Shown here one piece after another: positions 38,677-46,949 of a DNA stretch of 64,000 nt. The notes beneath the pieces are model-generated. The model worked only from the letters and a program-made list of their open reading frames with translations, was not told where the DNA came from and did not search any database. Origin of the DNA: Flavobacteriales bacterium (GTDB taxonomy: Bacteria; Bacteroidota; Bacteroidia; Flavobacteriales; Flavobacteriaceae); the NCBI GenBank assembly GCA_038234745.1, contig JBBQSZ010000008.1, positions 5,231 through 69,230 on the forward strand. The letters run 5' to 3'. Position 1 is the stretch's first letter. Every line of letters begins with the position of its first letter. The position numbers were made by a program, and so were the translations under genes.

Positions 38677-39594
38677 TCAAATATTCCGCAACAATTTCTC
38701 GCCGTGCCACAACACACTTGGATTGATAAGTACAATACAAAAAACGCCCGCCACGATTAGGAATTTCAGGACGTTGTGAAGCAAAACATACTGCTCTTTG
38801 GTGTTGGATTTCCAAAGATAGAGCAGGAAAAAAATCATAATGATAAAGCTGGAATAAAAGTAAATATCCATATAACCTACGTCGAAAATTTCGATTAAAA
38901 CATAAACCGGAATTATGGTTGCGATGGTTAAGAAGGTAATTATTTTTTTAGACATCTCTTCTCCATAAATTATGGGAATGGTTTGATAGTCGTTCGCTAA
39001 ATCACCTTTGATGTTTTCTAAGTCTTTAATCATTTCGCGAATCAAAAGCAATAAAAATAGAAATGTTGCGTGACCAAAAATGACTTCGTACAGGTTTTTG
39101 TAATACAAAAGAATAGCAAAAAACGGCAAAATCGCCAAAAAGGCTGCAGTCAAATTTCCAATTAAAGGATATTTTTTGATGCGATGCGAATAATACCAAA
39201 TTAGGAAAATATAAACTGAAAAATACATAAAGGCACGCCAAGAAACCATAATGGCTAAAAATGCTACTATAAAATTGAGCGTAAAATAAACATATAATTT
39301 TGTTTTTTGGCTGACCAGTCGGTCAAGCATCGATTTATTAGGACGATTAATTAAATCTTTCTTCCTGTCGTAGAAATTATTGATGATATAACCCGATGCA
39401 ATGGTCAATGAGGAAGCTAAAACGATGATGAACAAGTCGAAATCAAGCAAGATAGACAAAGCTCTTTTTTCGGGTGCGAGAATAAATATCGCCGAGAGAT
39501 ATTGCGCCAAAATAATTATCGGAATATTGTAACCTCTAATTACAGAGAACAAACTGGCAATTTTCATCAAAAGAATCTTGTAAGGTCTGTTCAT
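38677..39594 (-). CDS. UbiA-family prenyltransferase (DGGGP-synthase-like)
   Basis: About 8 TM helices. Asp-rich motif NNFYDRKKD and a second motif KDLENIKGD. 305 aa. Confidence 0.8.
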   Translation of the reverse strand: MNRPYKILLMKIASLFSVIRGYNIPIIILAQYLSAIFILAPEKRALSILLDFDLFIIVLASSLTIASGYIINNFYDRKKDLINRPNKSMLDRLVSQKTKLYVYFTLNFIVAFLAIMVSWRAFMYFSVYIFLIWYYSHRIKKYPLIGNLTAAFLAILPFFAILLYYKNLYEVIFGHATFLFLLLLIREMIKDLENIKGDLANDYQTIPIIYGEEMSKKIITFLTIATIIPVYVLIEIFDVGYMDIYFYSSFIIMIFFLLYLWKSNTKEQYVLLHNVLKFLIVAGVFCIVLINPSVLWHGEKLLRNI

Positions 39595-39677
39595 TTTTGT
39601 ATTGGTTTAGCCACAAAGTAGCAAAGCCACAAAGTTTATGTTTTTACTTTTGTTCTTCCTTTTGGGTTATGGGACTA

Positions 39678-40616
39678 TTAAAATTGGTAAACGACTTCTA
39701 ATTTATACTCTTTCAAGGCAAGTCTTGCTTTTTCTATATTTTGAGTAAATCCTAAAATATAACCGCCACCACCTGAACCGCAAAGTTTGAGGTAATAATC
39801 GTTAGAGTCGATTCCTGCTTGCCAAATGCCGTGAAATTGTTCTGGGATCATCGGTTTAAAGTGATTCAAAACAACTTTAGATAACTTTTTGGTGTTCAAA
39901 AATAATGATTTCATATCACCACCCAAGAAATCTACAACACAAGCATCGGTATGTTTGATAAATTGCGATTTCAACATTTTGCGGAAACCTTGATCTTTTA
40001 GGTTTTCCATAAAAATTTGAACCATTGGAGCCGTTTCGCCCACAATTCCTGAATCTATCAAAAATACAGCTCCGTTTCCTTCCAAACTTTGTGTTGGAAT
40101 TCCAGTAGCTTCTATATTATCTTTAGAATTGATTAAAATAGGAATGCTCAAATAGCTGTTTAAAGGATCTAAACCCGAACTTTTTCCGTGGAAAAAAGAC
40201 TCCATTTGTCCGAAAATAGTTTTGAGTTGCAATAACTTTTCACGAGTTAAATTCTCGAGAACAGTAATTTTATTTTGGGCATATTTGTCGTAAATCGCAG
40301 CAACTAAAGCACCGCTACTTCCTACACCATAACCTTGTGGAATACTAGAATCGAAATACATTCCGGTTTCGACATCATTTTTTAGCGTTGCTAAATCGAA
40401 AGTAACCAAATCGGGTTGTTCGGTTTGCAATGTTTCTAAATAGGAAACAAAACGTTTCAAATTTCCGTTGGATTTTATGGCTTCGGCTGATGGATTTTCT
40501 TCTCTTTTCAGAGCACCATTGTAAAAATTGTAAGGAATTGACAAGCCTTTCGAGTCACGAATAATGCCGTATTCTCCAAAGAGTAATATTTTTGAGTAAA
40601 ATAAAGGTCCTTTCAT
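39678..40616 (-). CDS. mvk: mevalonate kinase (GHMP kinase family)
   Basis: KILLFGEY N-terminus and GHMP motif PQGYGVGSSGALVAA. Confidence 0.8.
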   Translation of the reverse strand: MKGPLFYSKILLFGEYGIIRDSKGLSIPYNFYNGALKREENPSAEAIKSNGNLKRFVSYLETLQTEQPDLVTFDLATLKNDVETGMYFDSSIPQGYGVGSSGALVAAIYDKYAQNKITVLENLTREKLLQLKTIFGQMESFFHGKSSGLDPLNSYLSIPILINSKDNIEATGIPTQSLEGNGAVFLIDSGIVGETAPMVQIFMENLKDQGFRKMLKSQFIKHTDACVVDFLGGDMKSLFLNTKKLSKVVLNHFKPMIPEQFHGIWQAGIDSNDYYLKLCGSGGGGYILGFTQNIEKARLALKEYKLEVVYQF

Positions 40617-40628
40617 ATAGGTTTGAAC

Positions 40629-40931
40629 TTATTTTATTTTGTTGATTTTTGTTGGGTTCTGTCTAGTATCGAATGCAGAAAGAACAATAATATGTCTGCT
40701 ATTGAAATGATAAAACAAACTGGATTGTTATGTAATTACTGCTTTTCTTACTCTTTTATTCACATTTGAAACAGGAAATAATTCAGGATTTTCAACTACC
40801 AAATTAATGATTAAATTAATTTTGTTTAAAAATTTCTTTTTAGTTTTCAAACTCCATCTCGTCTCTAAATAATCCAAAATATTTTCAATTTCAGTTTGGG
40901 CACGAGTAGTAATTACTACTTCTCTTTTCAT
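40629..40931 (-). pseudogene. RelE/ParE-family toxin interrupted by an in-frame TAA at codon 68
   Basis: ORF 40728-40931 ends ...VRKAVIT*. The same frame continues QSSLFYHFNSRHIIVLSAFDTRQNPTKINKIK* to 40629, which is the expected ParE/RelE C-terminal half. Confidence 0.7.
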
Positions 40932-40933
40932 TT

Positions 40934-41152
40934 CTAAAGGTGAGGTTTTATAAATTTATCAAAAGAAATAAATTCACCTTTTTCATATTCCGCCATCGAT
41001 TCGTTTAAAATATTTTGTTGCTCTTCTGATAATTCATCCCAAAAATCTTTTGTTTTGGTCATGAATATTTTTTTGACAGACGCAATAATCAATTCATCAT
41101 TAGTTTCTGCTAACAATTTCATTAACCCTGCTTTCTCTAATTGGATGTTCAT
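40934..41152 (-). CDS. putative antitoxin (small acidic helical protein) paired with the ParE/RelE-like gene
   Basis: 72 aa from the ATG at 41152 (MNIQLEKAGLMKLL...). Its stop lies 3 nt before the toxin ATG. The family was not recognised and the call rests on gene context. Confidence 0.5.
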   Translation of the reverse strand: MNIQLEKAGLMKLLAETNDELIIASVKKIFMTKTKDFWDELSEEQQNILNESMAEYEKGEFISFDKFIKPHL

Positions 41153-41186
41153 AATTGCAACTTTAGAATTATAAAGATATTGTTTT

Positions 41187-42281
41187 TTAATCAATAATCA
41201 ATTGACTTCCATTTCCTATTTCGTCACAAATGTACTGCTCATTTTGACAATAGCCAACTAATTCGTTCTTAATAAATTGTAATACAGTCTCTTTGACGTT
41301 TTCAGGATATAAAACGTGAACGTTTGCGCCAGCATCAAGCGTAAAACAAATAGGGGTTTTAGTCTTATTTCGGTATTTCCAAATCGCATTTATAATTTCC
41401 AAGGTATTTGGTTTCATTAAAATAAAATACGGAATCGAAGTCATCATCATCGAATGCAAAGTCAAGGCTTCACTTTCGACAATAGTAATGAAATCCTCGA
41501 GATTTCCCCTTTCGAAAACAGAAATCAGTTTGTCTAAATTTTCGTGCGCTTGTTCAAATCGCCTTTCGGCAAAAGGATGTCCGTTCATTAAATTATGTCC
41601 AATGGAACTTGAAACTTGTTTTTCGCCTTTGTCAACTAATAAAATGGTGTCTTGAAAATTCTTGAAATTATCGTGAATAGGATTTGGAAATTCTACGCCA
41701 AACAAATCAGAACTTCCTAGAATATTCTCGTGATTTCCCCAAACAACGACTTTTCCTTTTACGCTTCGGCACGCACTTCCTGAACCCAAACGCGCCAAAA
41801 AAGAAGATTTTTGATAAAAATAGTCTTCGGTCATTTCTGGGTTTAATACTTTTTCTAAACTCATTAAATTCATTGCCAAAGCCGCCATTCCTGAAGCGGA
41901 AGAAGCGATTCCAGAACTGTGTGGAAAGGTGTTTTGAGTATCAATTGTGAAATGGTATTCCTTTAGAAAAGGCAAATAAACCACAACTCTTTCAAAAAAT
42001 TGCTGAATTTTTGGTTTGAAATCCTCTTTAGGTTTTCCTTCAAAAAGTAAGTCGAAAGAGAAATCTGAAGCTGTCGTACTGAACTTTTCAAAAGCTAATT
42101 TTGTTATCGTTTTGCAAGAATTCAAAGTGAAACTTACCGATGGATTGGCTGGAATTTGACTGTCTTTTTTCCCCCAATATTTCACTAAAGCGATGTTGCT
42201 TGGCGAACTCCATTGAAAATTGCCACTTGCAATGGATTGAGAATAGGAGGACGGAATAAAATCGTTTGCTGAAAACATCAA
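41187..42281 (-). CDS. mvaD: diphosphomevalonate decarboxylase
   Basis: NIALVKYWGKKD, GHMP motif HSSGIASSASGMAALA, 364 aa. Confidence 0.85.
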   Translation of the reverse strand: MMFSANDFIPSSYSQSIASGNFQWSSPSNIALVKYWGKKDSQIPANPSVSFTLNSCKTITKLAFEKFSTTASDFSFDLLFEGKPKEDFKPKIQQFFERVVVYLPFLKEYHFTIDTQNTFPHSSGIASSASGMAALAMNLMSLEKVLNPEMTEDYFYQKSSFLARLGSGSACRSVKGKVVVWGNHENILGSSDLFGVEFPNPIHDNFKNFQDTILLVDKGEKQVSSSIGHNLMNGHPFAERRFEQAHENLDKLISVFERGNLEDFITIVESEALTLHSMMMTSIPYFILMKPNTLEIINAIWKYRNKTKTPICFTLDAGANVHVLYPENVKETVLQFIKNELVGYCQNEQYICDEIGNGSQLIID

Positions 42282-42295
42282 TTATAAAATTTTTG

Positions 42296-42303
42296 CAAAG
42301 ATA
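42296..42303 (-). promoter_or_regulatory. Bacteroidota -7 promoter box TATCTTTG (minus strand) for the mevalonate operon
   Basis: TAnnTTTG match on the minus strand, 15 nt upstream of the mvaD ATG. Confidence 0.45.
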
Positions 42304-42341
42304 CTGATTTCTTTAATTGTGGAATCGACTAAAGTTTTCAT

Positions 42342-42349
42342 TAAATTTG
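42342..42349 (+). promoter_or_regulatory. Bacteroidota -7 promoter box TAAATTTG for the tspO-GGGPS-pnuC operon
   Basis: TAnnTTTG match 14 nt upstream of the tspO ATG. Confidence 0.45.
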
Positions 42350-42362
42350 AAAAAAATAAAAG

Positions 42363-42839
42363 ATGAACAAGATTTCTAAAATTCTCGTTGTTGTTGTTAC
42401 ATGCTTAGTTGTTGGCTATTTTTCCGGAATGGTGACTCGTTCGGCAATTACCACTTGGTATCCAACTTTGATAAAACCGAGTTTTAATCCACCCAATTGG
42501 ATTTTTGCGCCGGTTTGGAGTATGCTTTACATTATGATGGGAGTTGCAGCGGGATTGGTTTGGGATCGAATGGATTTTGAAAAAGAAATAGTCAAAAAAG
42601 CGTTGGTTTTCTTTGCCATTCAATTGGCTTTGAATGCTTTGTGGTCTTTTTTGTTTTTCGGTTTGAAAAACCCAATGTTAGCTGGATTGGAAATTGTTAT
42701 TCTTTGGTTGATGATTTATGAAACCTATATGAAATTCTCTAAAATCAATAAAATAGCCGGTTATTTATTTATACCCTATCTACTTTGGGTCAGTTTTGCA
42801 GCAGTTTTAAATGGGAGTATTTGGTGGTTGAATAAGTAA
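42363..42839 (+). CDS. tspO: TspO/MBR family tryptophan-rich sensory protein
   Basis: Five TM helices, Trp-rich (WYPTLIKPSFNPPNWIFAPVWSMLY), 158 aa. Confidence 0.85.
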   Translation: MNKISKILVVVVTCLVVGYFSGMVTRSAITTWYPTLIKPSFNPPNWIFAPVWSMLYIMMGVAAGLVWDRMDFEKEIVKKALVFFAIQLALNALWSFLFFGLKNPMLAGLEIVILWLMIYETYMKFSKINKIAGYLFIPYLLWVSFAAVLNGSIWWLNK

Positions 42840-42845
42840 TAATTT

Positions 42846-43571
42846 ATGAGAAATATCTATAACCACATTCTAAAATCCAAATTAGAAAACGAGAAATTGC
42901 TCGCCATTCTCTTGGATCCTGATAAAATCCATTTGAATAATGTCGATATGTTAATCGGAAAAATAAATCATTCGCCAGCAACACATCTTTTTATTGGCGG
43001 AAGCCTTGTCGAAAATAATATTATTGACCAATTAATTATAATAATTAAACAAAAAAGCGATTTACCGGTTATTTTGTTTCCAGGAAATCCTTCTCAGATT
43101 TCAGATAAAGCAGATGGAATTTTATTTCTTTCTCTAATTTCAGGTCGAAATCCAGATTATTTGATTGAACATCAAGTTCAAGCAGTGTCTATTCTCAATC
43201 AGATGGATTTGGAAGTGATTTCAACCGGATATATGTTAATCGAAAGTGGAACAGAAACTGCCGTGGAAAGAGTGAGTAAAACCAAACCATTAGACCGGAA
43301 TAACATTGAATATGCTGTTCATACCGCTCAGGCTGGCGAATTTTTAGGAAATAAATTAATCTATCTCGAAGCGGGAAGTGGTGCCAAAAAAACTGTTCCG
43401 TTGGAAATGATTAAAAAAGTGGCGCAAAACATCGAAATTCCCTTGCTAGTTGGTGGCGGAATTGTAGATTTGAGCGGAATTCAAAAAGCCTATGATTCGG
43501 GAGCCGATTTGGTGGTGATTGGAACTGCTTTTGAAAATGACATTGATTTTTTTAACAAAATAAGTACATGA
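42846..43571 (+). CDS. pcrB: geranylgeranylglyceryl phosphate synthase family protein (PcrB/GGGPS)
   Basis: LLDPDK, IGGS, FPGN and YLEAGSGA ... VGGGI motifs of the PcrB/GGGPS TIM barrel. Confidence 0.85.
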   Translation: MRNIYNHILKSKLENEKLLAILLDPDKIHLNNVDMLIGKINHSPATHLFIGGSLVENNIIDQLIIIIKQKSDLPVILFPGNPSQISDKADGILFLSLISGRNPDYLIEHQVQAVSILNQMDLEVISTGYMLIESGTETAVERVSKTKPLDRNNIEYAVHTAQAGEFLGNKLIYLEAGSGAKKTVPLEMIKKVAQNIEIPLLVGGGIVDLSGIQKAYDSGADLVVIGTAFENDIDFFNKIST

Positions 43572-44200
43572 TTGAATTCTTTTTTTCGCAATATGCCACC
43601 TATTCTGCCTTAGACATTACTTTAGAAATTGTGGCGGTGATTTTTGGTATTCTTAGTGTTTGGTTTGCGAAAAAAGATAACATTCTGGTATTTCCGACGG
43701 GACTAATTAGTACTTCAATATATGTTTATTTGTTGTGGAAATGGGTTTTGTGGGGTGATATGATGATTAATGGGTATTATTTCATAATGAGTATTTACGG
43801 ATGGTATCATTGGACAAGAAAAAAAGGAGAAGTAGTTGAATTTCCGATTTCGGTAATTTCGAAAGCAGAAAAACGAATGAGCTTAATTATTTTTATATTT
43901 ACAGTCGCATTTGTGGTTTTGGTGTATCACTATTTCAACAGATTTACCACTTGGTATGCTTATGTAGATACCTTCTTGACGGGAATTTTTTTCGTAGGAA
44001 TGTGGTTGATGGCTAAAAGGAAAATCGAAAACTGGATATTTTGGATTATTGGAGATATCATTTCCATTCCTTTGTATTTTGCAAAAGGGTTTACTTTTAC
44101 GAGTTTTCAGTATTTAATATTTACAATTGTTGCCATTTACGGCTATATAGAATGGAAGAAAAGCTTAAACAACTCCAAAATACTGGAAGTTCAAAAATAA
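43568..44200 (+). CDS. pnuC: nicotinamide riboside transporter PnuC
   Basis: ATGA overlap with the pcrB stop. 7 TM helices, with motifs FGILSVWFAKKDN and IYGWYHW. Confidence 0.85.
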   Translation: MIEFFFSQYATYSALDITLEIVAVIFGILSVWFAKKDNILVFPTGLISTSIYVYLLWKWVLWGDMMINGYYFIMSIYGWYHWTRKKGEVVEFPISVISKAEKRMSLIIFIFTVAFVVLVYHYFNRFTTWYAYVDTFLTGIFFVGMWLMAKRKIENWIFWIIGDIISIPLYFAKGFTFTSFQYLIFTIVAIYGYIEWKKSLNNSKILEVQK

Positions 44201-46272
44201 TTAGAATTGCTCTTTTTGGGCCGGAATCGACAGGGAAATCTACTTTGGCAAAACAACTTGCCGAGCATTTTCAAACGGCTTTTGTTCCTGAATTTGCGCG
44301 AGATTATCTTCAAGAAAAATGGGATACAACTGCCCAGATTTGTGATGTCAATGATATGTTGCCCATTGCTTATGGGCAAATTAAATTAGAAAACGAAAGC
44401 CTTTCGATGGCTAATGGATTCCTTTTTTGTGACACTAATTTATTGGTTACCAAAGTATTTTCGGAAGTGTATTATAATTTTTGTGATCCTTTGTTAGATG
44501 AAGCAGCCCAAAATCACGAATATGATTTGTTTTTTCTGACCGATATTGATGTTCCTTGGGAAAAAGACGATTTGAGAGATAAACCTGAAGGTCGTGAAAC
44601 TAATTTTACCGCTTTCAAACAATCTTTAATTGATACTAACAAGCCTTTTATCACGATTTCTGGAGATAAAGAGTTGCGTTTAAAAAAGGCCATTCAAGTT
44701 GTTGAAGATTTGGCAAAGGCTAAAAAAATGGGATTTTCGTCCCTCGATTTTGTTCAAATATACGAACATGGAATTGCTTTAGAAAACGTCCAAAATCAAT
44801 TAGATATTTTCAAAAACGGAATCTCAAAAGCAATTTTAGTCGTGCCAGCTACCGTGAAAAACGGAATTTTAAAACTTTCAGAAGAAGATTTTCAAACAAA
44901 AGCAGATTTTTTCGATGCTAATAAATCTGCTTGTAAACTAGAGAAATTTGTTCCTGCATCGGGTGCAGCTAGTCGAATGTTCAAATTTTTGAGTGAGTTT
45001 TTGAATGATTTTGATATTGAAAACGAAAGTATTAATGCGTACATCAATAGAAAAAAAGACAGTGAATTGTCTATTTTTATTGTTGGAATGAATAAATTCC
45101 CATTTTTTGAAAAGGTATATTTGGAGTTGAAAGCTGCATTTCCAAACTTTGATAATTTGGAACGAGATTATAAAAATTATTATTTTATAAAATTCCTACT
45201 TTCCTCTGGTTATTTTGATTTTGCCAATAAGCCAAAAGGAGTCCTCCCATTTCATAAATACAAAACTTACAATGCAACGGCATTTGAGGAACATTTGGTT
45301 GAATCTGCAACTTATTCGAGTTCGAATGGAAAAGCCAATTTGCATTTTACGGTTTCGGAATCGCATAAAATTTTATTCGAAAATATTGAAAAAACGATTA
45401 AACAGAAGGTTGAAAAAGAAACCGAAACTGCAATAAATACGAGTTATTCTTTTCAAAATAAAAGTACAGATACTATTGCCGTTGACTTGAATAACAACCC
45501 TTTTAGAGATGAAAACGGAAAATTAATTTTCAGACCAGGAGGCCACGGTGCTTTAATTGAAAATTTGAATAACCTTGATGCCGATATTATTTTTATTAAA
45601 AACATCGACAATGTCATTCAAAATCGCAACGAAAATATTGCCCTTTACAAAAAAGCTTTGGCAGGAATTTTGATGGAATTGCAACAACAAATTTTTGCTT
45701 ATTTGAATGAAATTACAGCTAGAAATTTTCAACATTTAGAGGAAATTGAGGCTTTCGTCCAAAATAATTTGAATACGGAATTCCCTGAAAGTTTCTCTAA
45801 ATACACTTTAGAAAACAAAATTAGTTTCCTAAAAAACAGCCTCAATCGTCCGGTCCGAATTTGTGGAATGGTAAAAAACGAGGGTGAACCTGGCGGAGGA
45901 CCTTTTTGGGTAAAAAATTCTAATGGAAACCTTTCCCTGCAAATTGTGGAAAGCTCGCAAGTAGATTTGACCAATGAAAATCAAGTTGAAATCCTTTCGA
46001 GTGCGACACATTTTAATCCAGTAGATTTGGTTTGTGGAATCCGAAATTATAAAAACGAGAGGTTTGATTTGACACAATTTGTGGATCACAATAGTGGTTT
46101 TATTGTTGAAAAAAACCTTCTCGGAAAACCTTTAAAAGGATATGAATTACCAGGATTATGGAATGGAGCGATGGCAAAATGGATTACAATTTTTGTTGAA
46201 GTGCCGATAATTACCTTCAATCCAGTGAAAACAGTAAACGATTTATTGAAAACAGCACATCAACCACAATAG
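44152..46272 (+). CDS. fusion ORF: NadR-type P-loop ATPase (ribosylnicotinamide-kinase-like) plus a DUF4301-like domain
   Basis: Walker A GPESTGKST, with Walker B-like FFLTDIDVPWEKDD. From the internal M at 44728 (MGFSSLDFVQIYEHGI) there is a roughly 515-aa domain with PASGAASRMFK and RPGGHGAL motifs. No stop separates the two parts. The DUF4301 name is from memory. Confidence 0.7.
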   Translation: MEEKLKQLQNTGSSKIIRIALFGPESTGKSTLAKQLAEHFQTAFVPEFARDYLQEKWDTTAQICDVNDMLPIAYGQIKLENESLSMANGFLFCDTNLLVTKVFSEVYYNFCDPLLDEAAQNHEYDLFFLTDIDVPWEKDDLRDKPEGRETNFTAFKQSLIDTNKPFITISGDKELRLKKAIQVVEDLAKAKKMGFSSLDFVQIYEHGIALENVQNQLDIFKNGISKAILVVPATVKNGILKLSEEDFQTKADFFDANKSACKLEKFVPASGAASRMFKFLSEFLNDFDIENESINAYINRKKDSELSIFIVGMNKFPFFEKVYLELKAAFPNFDNLERDYKNYYFIKFLLSSGYFDFANKPKGVLPFHKYKTYNATAFEEHLVESATYSSSNGKANLHFTVSESHKILFENIEKTIKQKVEKETETAINTSYSFQNKSTDTIAVDLNNNPFRDENGKLIFRPGGHGALIENLNNLDADIIFIKNIDNVIQNRNENIALYKKALAGILMELQQQIFAYLNEITARNFQHLEEIEAFVQNNLNTEFPESFSKYTLENKISFLKNSLNRPVRICGMVKNEGEPGGGPFWVKNSNGNLSLQIVESSQVDLTNENQVEILSSATHFNPVDLVCGIRNYKNERFDLTQFVDHNSGFIVEKNLLGKPLKGYELPGLWNGAMAKWITIFVEVPIITFNPVKTVNDLLKTAHQPQ

Positions 46273-46274
46273 TT

Positions 46275-46676
46275 TTGGAACCAGAAAAAATCTTATCCGA
46301 ATTACAGTTCAAAGCCGTCCGCAGTAGTGGATCCGGAGGTCAAAACGTGAATAAAGTTTCCTCGAAAGTGGTTTTGTCATTCGATTTGAAAAACTCACAA
46401 GCTTTATCAGATGAGGAGAAACTTTTGCTAGAAACTAAATTAGCATCTCGATTGACATCCGAACTAGTTTTAATTCTTAATTGTGATGAAGATCGAAGTC
46501 AACTTAAAAACAAAGCCATTGTAATCAAACGTTTTTTGGATATCATTGCGGCTGGACTTGTGGTTCCAAAAATTAGGAAAGCCACAAAAATTCCTAAATC
46601 GGTTATTAGAAAACGAATAAAGGACAAAAAAAATATTTCGGAAGTAAAGAAAAATCGTAGGAAACCAGAGTTTTAG
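46275..46676 (+). CDS. arfB: alternative ribosome-rescue factor ArfB (peptidyl-tRNA hydrolase, GGQ domain)
   Basis: GSGGQNVNKV motif plus a basic C-terminal tail. TTG start at 46275. Confidence 0.85.
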   Translation: MEPEKILSELQFKAVRSSGSGGQNVNKVSSKVVLSFDLKNSQALSDEEKLLLETKLASRLTSELVLILNCDEDRSQLKNKAIVIKRFLDIIAAGLVVPKIRKATKIPKSVIRKRIKDKKNISEVKKNRRKPEF

Positions 46677-46761
46677 TGATAAGATTCGAGTATTAAGTAG
46701 TAAGACCAAAAATTAAAGATTAAAAATCTTGGTACTTAATACTTTTATCTTAATACTTTTC

Positions 46762-46769
46762 TATATTTG
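46762..46769 (+). promoter_or_regulatory. Bacteroidota -7 promoter box TATATTTG immediately upstream of the TPP riboswitch
   Basis: TAnnTTTG match a few nt before the first riboswitch helix. Confidence 0.45.
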
Positions 46770-46850
46770 CATCGTCTCAAAGGGGTGCTCTAAATAACGA
46801 GCTGAGATTATACCCATCGAACCTGAACAGGTAATGCTGTTAAGGGAAAA
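46770..46850 (+). promoter_or_regulatory. TPP (THI-box) riboswitch
   Basis: Conserved core GGGGTGC...GCTGAGA...ACCC...AACCTGAACAGGTAATGCTGTTAAGGGAA, located 100 nt upstream of the TonB-dependent receptor gene. Confidence 0.85.
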
Positions 46851-46949
46851 TTGAATTAAGGATGAAGTGCACGTCATCTGAAAATTCAAAAAATCATTTT
46901 AATTTAACAAAAGAATAATTCCCCCTTTTATTCGTAAAACTATTTACGG

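Noticed and set aside
44041-44151. N-terminal extension of the 743-aa ORF (MDYWRYHFHSFVF...)
   Set aside because: This part is just the alternative frame of the pnuC 3' end. The ATG at 44152, followed by a Walker A motif, is a far more plausible start.
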